Of a DNA stretch of 64,000 bases, positions 44,178 through 56,389 are shown one piece after another. The position numbers and the translations under genes were made by a program. The stretch's first letter is position 1; every line of letters begins with the position of its first letter. Below the pieces are notes generated by a model that worked only from the letters and a program-made list of their open reading frames with translations, was not told the origin of the DNA and ran no database searches. Source of the DNA: Lobosporangium transversale (taxonomy: Eukaryota); the NCBI RefSeq assembly GCF_002105155.1, contig NW_019028980.1, forward strand, positions 124,001-188,000, in the 5' to 3' direction.

Positions 44178-45255
44178 AAAAAGGGACATCTGTAAACAAC
44201 AGAAGCAAAGCTCGTTTTCATGCAAAACTAAGGGGTGAGGAATGCATGTATTTTTTACGGCTTTTTCTTGCCAAATCATCGATTCAAGGACCAGGGCCTC
44301 ATTGCTTGACCCGGAAAAGTGAGAAATACTGCTGCATTTAGTTGGCTTCAGCAAGCTCTTTTGAATATCTGTTGTGTTTTACGTGTATTTGGACAGGCTC
44401 CATCAGGTACGAAATCAAATTGGTTCTAAAGTTTCTTTGTGGAAAGAAATATACCTAACTTTGTGCACAACCATGCTTTGCCACGGACAATGGATACTTT
44501 TTTTATTTTTTATTTTTTGTTTTTTGTTTTTTTCGATCTGGTCTGTTCTAACACTTCTTTCTGTTGTTTTTCTTCCTAACCTGACGCAATACAGTTGGGA
44601 GTGTAGAATGACGGACTCTATCGAAAAGAAAGGCGATCAAGGCAAAATTGGATTGGTCTATTCCACAAGCCAAAACCAACGTCTACAGTTTATGTACTGC
44701 TTACAATGTCCAAGAAAGAGTTCTGTAACACATTTGAAAATTGAACACATGAATGTGGCTAAAAAAAAGCCCTCCCATTTTGAAAAACCACACCAGAGGA
44801 CTGGGAACATCCTCATCATGCGTTCCAAAGAATGCAATGCACTCTCGCCTCTCTCTTTTTGAAATCCCTGCTTCTTTTTCTACTCCTTTTCCATCCTGTC
44901 CTGTCCTCCTTACTGGAACATGGCCCAGTGCTGACCTCCAATGGTGAAATCTCCCGTGGCAAAGAGGATACAATGATAATTCAAAATCGATAAACAAAGG
45001 TATTTTAATATCTATTTAATATCGCTTGAACCTTACAGACAGAAAAATCAAATAAAAAATTTGTGGGGTGAACCCTGTCAACAGCTGAATGTGGGGGTTG
45101 CATAAATAAACATACACTAATCCACCCTAGTGTATCGGCGGTATATATTTTGTAATAAAAAATAAAAAAAAGAAACACTAGAATCATGACGGACCCTTCG
45201 TCACCTCCACAAGTCATTATATATAATTGTTCTGACGTCCTTTGACAGCCTTCTT

Positions 45256-45300
45256 GAAAAGAAAAGAAAAGAAAAGAAAAGAAAAGAAAAGAAAAGAAAA
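45256..45300. repeat. (GAAAA)9 microsatellite
   Basis: Read directly from the sequence. Confidence 0.95.
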
Positions 45301-46725
45301 ATCACCTCCACTTCACTTCATAACATTTCATTTGTCCTTCATGTCCACCTAAAGCTATTCATCTTTTAAATGTCTATCAATCTCAACCAAATATGGCCGC
45401 AAAACAAAGAAAGACTGTAGGACAAGCAGGGAAAAGAAAACAATCCAAACAAATACTAAAAGCCAAAAGGGCCATTTCAGACAATCAAACAAATAAACTT
45501 CAGATGTCAATATAATATTTAATATGCAGCATGAGCAGTGATGCCTCTCAATAACAGCAACATTTAATCCACCAGTTACTCTGACGAGCAACAACAGTCT
45601 AATAAAACTTGAAGCTTAATACCCTTCTTCACTCCTCTCTCGTGGCGTATGTTATAAAGCTCTTTTTGTTCGCCAAAACAAAAATAAATATGTCTGTATA
45701 TTCGAATGACCTTTGTGCCTTTACGCCTGTTGCCATTGTTGTTTTTGTTGTTATTTTTATTATTACTATGCACATCACTATTGACTTTCCTTTTTTACAA
45801 AAAAAAAACTTTACTCTAGTTACTCTCCCACATTTGTTTGTTTTTCATTATTTTTTTTTTGGATCAAAACGAACCTTCTTTTTTTTTTTTTTTTTTTTTT
45901 TTACATGCATCTGAAAAGAACAAATAAAAGTTGGCGTTTTGAGCCGATCAATGGATGAAATTGAGTATCCGTGGATTTTTTTTTTTTTTTGTTTTTTTGT
46001 TTTTTCCAAGTCTGAGCACTGAACAGATGTCATTTATTTACGACGCTTCAAAGAAGCCTAAAAGAGTTCGGAATGTTTTTTTTTTACATGGGAATTGAAC
46101 GTGATTTTCATCCTTTTCTTCCTATCCACTCTACTTTATCATAAAAATGAGCTGGCGATCTCTCCTTGCGCTATGGCCTAGTCAGTATTAATGGCCTCCT
46201 CCCAATGTTATTTCGCACTAGGCGCTGTCAGACTGTATTAATGATCTTTTTTTGGGTCAGAGGGTGTCCTCACGTCCACTATGAGCTAAAAGATAGGTGA
46301 GGCCAAGGAGTATAGGTAGGTAATATATACTACAGCGATATACATAAGAATACTTTTGATGCGAAGAAAGGATGCTCCATGCGGAGGACCTTAGTATTAT
46401 TCAAAGAAAAAAGAGCCTATGAAGCCACTCGAGAACTCCAAAGTTCTGCTCGTTTAAATAGTTTAATATGGATGTAAAGAAACAAACCTTGGAGAACATT
46501 GCTTATTCACGTAACCACAAAACAAATCGGAGGACATTTCCTTCTTGCATGTACGACAGAATTGTTCAAAAAAAAAAAAAAAAAAAAAAAAAATGTGGGG
46601 TTGACTATCCCTACATTCCGTGACGTTTATAAAAAAAGAAGAAAAGAAATCAGGGGTATGTTGATGACTAACAAAAAGAAGGAAAAGGCAATTGATTGTG
46701 AGAATGTGAGAAAGAAGCTTCGTCT

Positions 46726-46766
<41 letters not shown>

Positions 46767-47291
46767 AAGCTCCTTTCACATCCCATTTATCACTTGAAAA
46801 TAAAGGTAGCGTGTAAGTGCAATAGAAGAGCTTGCAGTAGCCCTTTCTAATGCGACATTCAGATATTACTCTCTGTGCGTGGAGAAGTGGCTGGATCTTT
46901 TACCCCTGAAAACAGAAGGACATGTGCCTATCATTGTATCTGGGCAATGGCACAAATATCACTTAGGCTCCGTTTCTTTTTTTTTTTTTTTTTTTTTTTT
47001 TTTTCCTTCTTTCTCTCATTTTCATTGTTTTCAATTTTTCTTTTGGCGCATTGTTGAACTTGTATATCATTCCCTTTGGTGTATACCTCTCGCTTTTACT
47101 GCTTTTGTTACTATATCTTCTTTTTTTTTGTCGTATAGGCTCGGTGGCATTACAAACGGACAGGGCATTAAATAGCACCGGTCAACTTTCTTCATTCACT
47201 TTTCCAATTGGCATCCAAAGGCTACATCTTTTTGTATCCTTCTTGGCCTTTTTTCTTTTTCTTTTTCATTTCAGAGTTCGACAAGTGTACA

Positions 47292-48987
47292 ATGCTCCCC
47301 AATCCCTCTATTTCCACGCTGACACCTTCTACAGTCGTCACCAGCGATGGATTTGGTTCTATCTTCTCCTCCTCGTCTTCCAGCTCCGGTTTGCCTTCTC
47401 CTGACTCTGAAGCAGCAAGGGCATCCATGCTTCCAACCCCTTCAAGGGCACTGCAGCATATCTCTAGCTTGGCTCGTCACATTGCCACCCAAGGTTTGAT
47501 TCAAGGGATCGGAAGTGATATCACGATCCATGTCTTTGATAAGACCTATCATCTTCATCGGCTCATCTTGACCCAATCTTCCTATTTTGAGGCCATGTTC
47601 CAGCGAGGACCATGGAAAGAACGGGAATCTCAGGTCGTTGAGATCAAATTTGATGACACAAACATCTCCCAGGAGGGGTTTGAGATTGCGATCGGGAGCC
47701 TGTATGGTGTCTGGACAGAAGAAGAAGACAGTATTAACAACAGCAGCAACAGCGATGACAGAACGTTAGGACCTGCAACATCAACATCACCAGTTACTGC
47801 TACTAATACCGCTACCATTAAAACAACGAGCGACGGTAACTCTAACGATAACAACATCCGATCCAACAAGGATTACATCGGTGCGGGGGGAAGAGGAGGA
47901 GAAGTGACAAAGAATAATTACATCATGCGCTCAACTATGTCTCTATCGTCCAAGAATGCCTTGTCTGTGCTTGCCTCGGGAGCTTATTTAGGCATCGATG
48001 AACTATGTGAACGGTGCTGTGCTTTCATCATTCGCACACTCTCAACCCTCAATGTCACCAGAATGGTCGAGTTTACTCATCAAACTAATTATTACCCTTG
48101 GTCCGCTCGAATTGCTGATGCTTGCCACACCTTCCTCTGTCGCAATGGATATGACGATCCCAAGATCAAGTGTCTTCAGGTCTTTGAAGCTTTACCCGCT
48201 TCATGGCTTGTAAATGTAATCGGATCGGACGCATTCTGGGTCCCGGGAGAATGGGAGCGGTACAAACTTTGTCGGGAAATTGTACATAGTCGTAGGAGGA
48301 AGGCAATGGCAAGAAAAAAGAAGAGACAAGATCTTCCATCTTCGTCTCGGCAAACTATTACCACATCGACTCACGATCTACAGCAACACCCATCATCGCA
48401 AAATACAGTATTCGAGATGGAAGAAGACGAAGATGAAATAGTATATGATACTCTGTTCTCAACAAGCATCATCTATATGCACATGTCGTTTGAGCAGCTG
48501 CAAATCATCCTACGTGATATTGATCCCCTCACAGGCGAGCGATTTACGCGATCTGAGGTGATTCACGAAGCCCTATGGCATCAGACAGAGTTGCGGGCAA
48601 TGATCGACCGCAGCGTCAAAGATGATGGACCCTTGGATGTTTTTGATTTCGAAGACCATAATCAACAACAAAACCAAGAATCAGATGTGAGAGAGAAACG
48701 GGATTGGTCTATTCCAGACCAGGATAGGACACTCATCGGTGATATCTCCTCCCCTTCTCAGCGACTCGAGCTTGCAGATGCTTCCTTGTCATCGAGCAAT
48801 GTGCCGAATAAGATCACTCCTAACAAACGATGCTCCTTGTATGCACCCTTCCGGATCAGTGTCGAGTTTGGGGACATTGATCAGCTACAAGACAACGTTC
48901 GCTCCCCGTCTGACATGTTTTTCTACGCTGGGTATGTAGTGGGAAGATGAGCTTGGGGAATTGAAAGGCTTAATCCTTCATTGAAAT

Positions 48988-49021
<34 letters not shown>

Positions 49022-50275
49022 CATGCGTATTTAATAGATCCTACTGGGACGTGTACATCCAAAAGTTACCATCGCCCAAGGGTGTTCAGTTGGGCGTATA
49101 TCTTCATCGTCGCAAATTTCCCGATAATACTCTTGTCACTAAACCTCCGCGACAACCCACGCATGCTTTTACTTTTCCATCAGCTCCTTCTTCCTCAGTA
49201 ACGCAATCAACAGGAGCTTCATTGGAGCCCAGGGCTAATAACACTCCGCATAGTAATAATCCATCATTGTCCTTTGCATTGTGGTCAACTTGGGGTTTTC
49301 GAGCAGCAAATCAGATACATCAACAGGAGCATACAGTCCGTACAGTCTCCTCTTTATCTTCCTCCCCCCCTTCGCCAAAATCATCGTCTACGCATTCGCC
49401 ATTCTTTGTAAGATCTGACAGTGAAGAGGAGAATGAGGACGAAGACGATCTTCCCAACAAAGAACATCATGCGCTTCTGACAATCGATGAAAGCAGCATA
49501 GTATCGATGAAACGATCCTTCAGTTACTATGTTGATAAACGAGAGAAAGTTAGGACTTGGTTCAAGATCTTTGCAGCCTCTCTCGGTCCAAACCATACAA
49601 TAACTCAATTTCAAAGTAGTCCCGACGATTTTTTCACCATGCAGAGTTGGGTAAAGTTTATTTGTAGGGGATCGTTGTTTTGCAGTTTTGCACAAAAAAA
49701 AAAAAAAAAAAAGATAGCCATACTTACACTTTTTGTTTATGGCCATAAAAAGGGGTGGCGCTCTTCAAGCCTGTGTTCACCTAATTACATGCCCGTCACA
49801 TCCAAAGATTATGACGAAGCCAAATTTACAAGTGTATGCTGTGGATTTGATTCATGGCGACAGAATAGTAGTGATAGTAGTGACGATACAAGAGAAGGTT
49901 CGTCGAATTGCTCCTCGTTGGGTAATAATAAGGGAAGGGAGACGGAAAAAGACATGGGTAAGGATTTGAATTCCACTTCGGAAAGTTTTCTCGTAGATAT
50001 GCCTCAACAGCAACAGCAACAGCAACAGCACCGTCAGAAGAAAAAAGGAGAGCAAAAGTCAAAAGGCATTCGCCAAAATACGAAGGCAACCACAACTGCT
50101 ACGAGAGGTTTTGAATGGGATGTCAAAGACGGACATGATGATATGAGTGGTACTAGTCCTTATAAAAAGGATCCACTACCAGAATGTAATTGTGAAGCTC
50201 AAAGGATCTACGGGCGTCATCACCACCATCTTCAACCCCAAACACTCAAGTTTAGCATTGTAATGGGTCATATTT

Positions 50276-50277
<2 letters not shown>
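47292..50277 (+). CDS. BTB/POZ-domain protein, germ-cell-less-like (probable Cul3 adaptor); introns 48932-49037 and 49651-49752
   Basis: BTB: GSDITIHVFDKTYHLHRLILTQSSYFEAMF..GPWKE and EGFEIAIGSLYG. BACK-like: SDAFWVPGEWERY. MATH-like C-terminus: PFRISVEF, FYAGSYWDVYIQK, LGVYLHR and QSWGWRSSSL. Confidence 0.85.
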
Positions 50278-50309
<32 letters not shown>

Positions 50310-50588
50310 CATGCATTCCTTTTGATAAAAAAAAAAATGATAAACGAATAAATAAATAAATAAATATCTGAAAATCTCTTTCCTTTGACATATTGTAGTT
50401 GTTTTTTTTTTTTTTTTTTTTTTTTTTCTTCAATACTCAACGCATAATCTTCAAAAAGGTACTCTTCTGTTACCAAAACCTCCCTTCATTAAATAAAGTT
50501 GTCTTCTGTGGAAGCATTTCTGCTTCGTTTGTTTATTGCTTTGCATCGATTTTTCCACACTATAATCAATTCCACACACCACAGCATC

Positions 50589-51205
50589 TTAAACAAGGGC
50601 TATAATCAGGACAAATAAATAGAAAACAAGCATCATACATGTTAGAGACTGTCAAGCATTGGCTTCAAAAGCTTTTTTTTTTTTTTTTTTTTTTTTTTTC
50701 TCTCTTTTCACATCGGATGTAGTCAAAATAAACTTACTGTCGTAGGGGATGGGGTTGAGGGTGGTGGGGGTGTTGTTCTTGATGGTGACAAAGCGGGCCT
50801 CACGAGGCTGGACGGGCTGTCTCTTCAAGTTGACCTTGACACCGTCAGTCTTAGCCTTAAGCTTGGCAGCAGCGTTCTCCTTGACGCGACGCAAGAAGTC
50901 ATCACGGCACTTGGAGTGCTTAATGTGCTCAACACGGATGTTGACACGCTTCTCGAGGTAGCGGTTGCCGACCCTCTTGTTGATGATGATACCAACAGCG
51001 GACTTGGTCACGTTGTAAATGATACCAGTGCGACTAATAAACAGAGACAATAAAGGAAAGTTAACATTATATAATAAACATTGCCTTCCCAAATGTTCTA
51101 CTCTTTCTCTTTCTTCTCCACTTCCTCCTCCTAGATGAGGTTGTCCCTTCTATTCTGCAACTTTAAAGAGAGTGGCGCTCTGTAAAGAAAGAAACGAGAA
51201 AAAGC

Positions 51206-51237
<32 letters not shown>

Positions 51238-51371
51238 TAAGAAATGATGATGACAGTGTCGTAAAGTTTCGTAAGACTTGAACAAACGGAAAAGCCTGAT
51301 CAAAAGTCAATTGCTCCTTGAGAGCTTGTAAGGGTATCCTTCCTGCTTTCCAGTAGTGAAGTATGTCAAGA

Positions 51372-51402
<31 letters not shown>

Positions 51403-51812
51403 CGCACTTTAAAAACGTCCCGGTGAAGTGTTCTCGTCTCCTCCTCTTCCTCCGTCACTAACAAAATCAAGTTGAAAAAAGTGATCTCTGATTCCTGTAG
51501 TTGATTTCTGCTGATTCCTGACAACTCTTCCCGACCTTTTTTCTTTTTTTTTTTTTTTTTTTTTTTTTTGTAAAAACTAACGTTTTTGTTAAAGTAACCA
51601 CATAAAAAAAAAAAAAGAAAGCGAAAGTATTACCCATGGTAGAATTTGTGGGGCATGCCCTTGTGGATAGCACCGTTGGCCTTAATGTCAACAATATCGC
51701 CAACCTTGTAGGTCTTCAAGTAGGTGGTAAGCTTGATAGGCATACCATGCTCCCTGAAGTTACGGGCGAACATGTGACGGGTGCGGGCGCGGATACCATA
51801 TGAGTGAGGCAT
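50589..51812 (-). CDS. RPL21: 60S ribosomal protein eL21; exons 51633-51812, 50738-51033, 50589-50599, plus a probable 5'-UTR intron 51825-52189
   Basis: [65 protein letters not shown]. The 11-nt last exon completes PIPYDTLV*. Confidence 0.97.
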
Positions 51813-52631
51813 GTTGAATCAATTCTACAAGACATTAAAAAAAATTTGTTGATGATGGTGGAGTGAGTACAAAACAAAAAAGTTTCGCTGTTGATTGATC
51901 TCTTTCACGTCATGATTGATTAACAGGTTGATTGATTAATTGATTGATTGAATTATAGTTGCTTTTATCCTGTAATCTCGAAATGCTGTAAATAAGTCAA
52001 ATGATGATAGTTTCCTCATGCAATAATGTTGGATCAAATGTCGATGATGTATTCTTAGCAGAAAAATTGATCTAACTCCTGATGCCTGATAGTGGGTGAT
52101 GATCTTATTGAGCTTTGGTAATTAAATCGCCTCTTGATCGCCAATACATTTTGAAAAAATTAATAATAAAAAATAAAGCACCCATTTACCCCAGAAGGTC
52201 AATGAAGAAGAGAAGGAACCAACAAAATTCCGTACACGTTTCGATTTTCACATCGAATCCGTTTAAAATTTGAATCCACTCTTCCTTTTTTGGCCACAAA
52301 TGAGCAGTCACAATGACCAGGGTATATTCCATATTTGGTATCTCTTGTTTACTGAAAAGTTCCACTCAGAGTTCCCATGATGTATTATGAGAAGCTCCAC
52401 ACGTATTTTGCCTACCGTTTGTGGCATTTGTCAGGATATCATTTTCTAGGGGCAAAGTAATATAAGTGACGGCTCGGTTTGACCAGGTTTAGCCTTCAGA
52501 TTATATGCAAATAATAGTCAATTTCTTCATGGAACCACAGCTTTTGTGAGGTTACATGGATTGATATCTTTGTAAAAAAAGTAAAAAGAGATATTATAGT
52601 ACTAATATTGATACATACATACTTATATATA

Positions 52632-53936
52632 TTACGATTTAGAAAGAGCATTTGTACTTTCTTCATGTGCCTCGATGCCAGCAAGGCCCGTGCAATAAGA
52701 GTTCTTGAGGAACGAACGGCAGCACTTGTAACCCCATTTGCCATCCGCCCAGAAGGAGCCCCAAACAGTCGTATGGTTGTTGATGTAAACATCCTCTTGA
52801 TATTTGGACTTGACTTTGGCTGGTTCCAGACCCTTAAGCACCCGACCTGCTCTTGAATACTCTACATAATTCTCAGACTGTGCCAATAACAATTCGCGTG
52901 CAGGTGCATCCAGATGTTCCTCGCCACCATATTTGGCCAATATACTCTCCTTGTTCGTATCCTGTTGTTTTGCTTTTTTCTCTTTAAATTGCTTGTGCAG
53001 AAACTCGGTCTGGGTTGGATTAGCTTGTAAATGAACATCGGTTCCCTTTTCTGCGGCCTGCCATGCAAACAATTGAACGTTCGCCATATCTGATGTGTTT
53101 CCAGAGTATCGTTGGAAATTATCTCCTGCATAAACTAATGTACTAGGATCCTGATCTTTGAGTGGATTCTCACGCATGGAGCGGGTCTTAGGATCGTAAT
53201 GGGCAGAGTTGGGGTCAAGATTGTACAAATATTTGGCGCGATCCTCACGAATTCTTAGCGAAAAAAAATAAAAAATAAAAATAAAAAAAAATAAAATAAA
53301 AGAGATATAGTTAGTTAAGTACGATCTTTCTCATGCAACAAGGCGCTATAGAAACCAGAGAGTCTTCTCGTTTGCTTCATAACATATATATATATATGTG
53401 TGTGTGTGTTTCCTTCTCTATTGCTTCTTACCTCAGGTTACGAATAGTTGTCCTTGTTTTGGCATTGACCTTTTGTCCAGGCATATCTGATTTGTCTGCA
53501 TATTTCTCCTCGTCTTCATCGTCATCGTCACTCTCTCCAAATTCATTTGCATTGTTTTCCATTTTGCTGGCCATGGCTGCCGCCTTTGCATCCTGTTTAT
53601 CCAATTCACTCTCCTTGAGTTTCCTCCGCGCCTCCTCGATTTTCTCATACTCATCGTAAATCTTTTTATGTTCCGCTGTATCGTATCCATTCCATCGATC
53701 TCGCTTTGCATCAAAAGACATTTCGACATTTTGGATAATTTCATCCTCCTTGATATTCTTGCCTGTCCATCGAGCTCCTTTTTTCCGTGGTCGCTCTACA
53801 CAATCTTTTGTTTTGTGTGTTATGGCTCCACAGTTCTCACAAGCTCCTTTCCTGTATTTTGTCGCTGCAGGTCCCTGAGGAAATTCAATTAAAAAGGATA
53901 TTAAACAATTTTCTCAAAAGTTAAAGATTGGACCTT

Positions 53937-53970
<34 letters not shown>

Positions 53971-54523
53971 AATTTTCTTTATAAAAAAAAGAACATTTGA
54001 ATTTTCACAATACATACTGCTCTTTGTCCTCGTTGGTACCACTCGTCCGAATGTTCGTTTTCTCTTTTTGGTGCTCTCTGATGCTTCAATGAGGTATGGC
54101 CATCATTAATATACCCTAGAAAATATCGGTTCCGTAATCAAAAATGGCGATAGAGAGAGTTTAATTTCAAAATTCTGCGTTCAGGAACAAGTGATAAAAT
54201 AAAAAAAATTGACGACTGACACAACTACATAAATAGAATAATCGATACATACATGGTGCGTCCGAGATATACTGCGGGATATGTGGGTTAATCTCTCGTC
54301 CTTCCTCATCTCTAGCAGCTGGAGCAGTTCCTGCCTTTCGAGCTGCTTCCAAGTCTTTTTGCTTCCTGTATTCTTCACGGCTAAGTTTTCCGCCTAAAGA
54401 ATATTTGATACCGAGTTGATCAGCGAGAAAGAAAAGAGATAATTTAGTGAGTTGAAACTATGTGCTGTCTGCTTCCTTTATCCTGTTCTTTATAGTGAAA
54501 GGACATTGAAAACCCTTACTCAT
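52632..54523 (-). CDS. SLU7: Pre-mRNA splicing factor Slu7 (coding exon 1 is only ATGA)
   Basis: [36 protein letters not shown], zinc knuckle [64 protein letters not shown] and [17 protein letters not shown]. Confidence 0.96.
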
Positions 54524-54599
54524 GGTCAATATAAAAATAAAATTGTCAACAATGTATGCATGTGTATCCCTTGTCATGAAAGATGGGCACTTTTTAAAG

Positions 54600-54710
54600 G
54601 TGAAGTTGCTCAAGATATATCACGTGCTATGTGACGCAGCCTCGTCCTTAAGTACTAGAGGACGCTGATTGGCTGAATAAATAAGGAACAGTTCACATGA
54701 TATGAAACAG
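54600..54710. promoter_or_regulatory. Candidate bidirectional promoter core between SLU7 and SF3B5
   Basis: The 255 bp between the divergent ATGs contain CACGTG (54621-54626), TGACG (54632-54636), an inverted CCAAT box CTGATTGGCT (54665-54674) and TCACATGA (54693-54700). Confidence 0.5.
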
Positions 54711-54778
54711 ATTTTGAGTTACATCCTGGCTGTTTTTTGTTGGATGCTTGAGTTCAACATCCACTTCGTTAAGCAATC

Positions 54779-55436
54779 ATGGTAAATAAGACAAGCATCA
54801 AGGAATCCAGACAGGACTTGAGTTGTAGATGGACTAATAGCGATGCATTCCCTTATTAAGTCTCAATTTGGTCATATGCTCACTCTTCTTTTTTTTTTTA
54901 TGATGGCGTATAACGATAGGATCGCTCGAATTTGAACAGCCAGCTGGAGCACTTGCAGTCCAAATACGTAGGAACTGGGCATCCTGATACCAGCAAATAG
55001 TAAGCAACGGAAGGGAAAAGAGGGGGAAAAACATGATTTAGTTCTTCTCATTAATGGTTGATTAAACTCTGTTATCCAAAGAGAATGGACAGACGTTAAC
55101 AGAAAGATCGATTGTTTTATTCTTCTTCAGCGAATGGGGCGTTAACCAGGCCCGAGATTCTTACGCATCTTATGTTGGACATTATCCTATGATCTCTTAT
55201 TTTGCTGTTGCTGAGAATGAAAGCATCGCTCGGATCAAATTCAACATTACAGAGGTAAAATTTACTATTACTATAAAAAAAAAAAGACATGTCTCTTTCT
55301 TTTTCATGAATAGTTGCTTAATATTTATATGGTTCCACACCTATTTGTTAACCTAAAAAAACGATATTTTTTGTCATGACGCCGCTTACAGAAAATGCTC
55401 CAACCTTGCGGTCCACCACCGGAGAGGAGGGATTAA
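54779..55436 (+). CDS. SF3B5: Splicing factor 3B subunit 5 (Ysf3/SF3b10); exons 54779-54781, 54920-54999, 55131-55254, 55392-55436; not in the ORF track
   Basis: Spliced protein: MDRSNLNSQLEHLQSKYVGTGHPDTSKYEWGVNQARDSYASYVGHYPMISYFAVAENESIARIKFNITEKMLQPCGPPPERRD*. All introns are GT-AG. Confidence 0.96.
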
Positions 55437-55709
55437 TTCCTTGACTTTATTTCGGTCATGTATTCTTGTATTTTTATTACTCAATAAATTCTCTTTTAAC
55501 CTACTAATATGGTCATCACCTTTACAAATATCTATAATCAGTTAATCAGAAACGTTGCCTATGAATAGATTAATATTTTAAAAGTATAACAAGAGTGAAT
55601 GAAGTAACTCCTGAACCACTTTTTTATTTTTATTTTGTTATTTTTATTACTTATTAATCTTCTGCTTAAACTGATATGGCTGATACGATATTTTCTACAA
55701 GTGGTTTGA

Positions 55710-56024
55710 TTAATTGCGTCCAAAGAGAGACGATCTATTCTTGTGGCTGGCCTTCTTAGCTTTTGCCTTTTTGGCTTTCCTCTTGGCTATCGATTCTGGT
55801 GTGGCGTTAGGAGAAGGGTCCAACTTGGCCTGAAGTTTGTCCATGGTCGATGGAGGAGTACGGCGAAATCGACTCATCAGCGGTGATGACTTTGATGATT
55901 TTGATTTCTTTGCCACCGAAGACGAAGTCTTACGAGGCCTTGAAGAGGATGAAGAGCTACCAGCAAAGATGCGACTGATAAAGCTTTGTTTTGGAGGAGA
56001 GGACTTTGACAAAGTGAGAGGCAT
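55710..56024 (-). CDS. Small Lys/Ser-rich basic hypothetical protein (104 aa)
   Basis: ATG-initiated, more GC-rich than its flanks, with a TATA-like TATAAAA upstream on the minus strand (~56116-56122). No recognisable domain. Confidence 0.55.
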   Translation of the reverse strand: MPLTLSKSSPPKQSFISRIFAGSSSSSSRPRKTSSSVAKKSKSSKSSPLMSRFRRTPPSTMDKLQAKLDPSPNATPESIAKRKAKKAKAKKASHKNRSSLFGRN

Positions 56025-56389
56025 GTTTGTTACTTAAATTCGATTGTCGTTACTGTTATGATAGTTGAGAGAAAGAATTTTTTTACAAGTGAAAAAAGTA
56101 GTGAAGAGATTGGGTTTTTATAGAGATTCTAAATATGCTCTCTGACTGTTGCGCATAGAACCATCAAGCATCCCACAGCGATATAGAGGAAATACGTTCT
56201 AAGATATTGATAGTATGACATGATTGTTGTGATGACATTGTTGCTGTTGTTGGTTATCGCTAGTTATTGTTGGTCTGGAACACATCAACAATGACGAGAT
56301 GGAGAATACAACATGGGTGTTTTAAAAGGAATTTAAGCATTTTAGCATTAAATACATGGGCATGAATGAAATCATTTCATGTTACACAG

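Noticed and set aside
51243..52083. ATGATGA...CTGA (C/D-box-like) pairs inside RPL21 introns
   Set aside because: They lie on the + strand, antisense to the host gene, and I recognised no rRNA-complementary guide.
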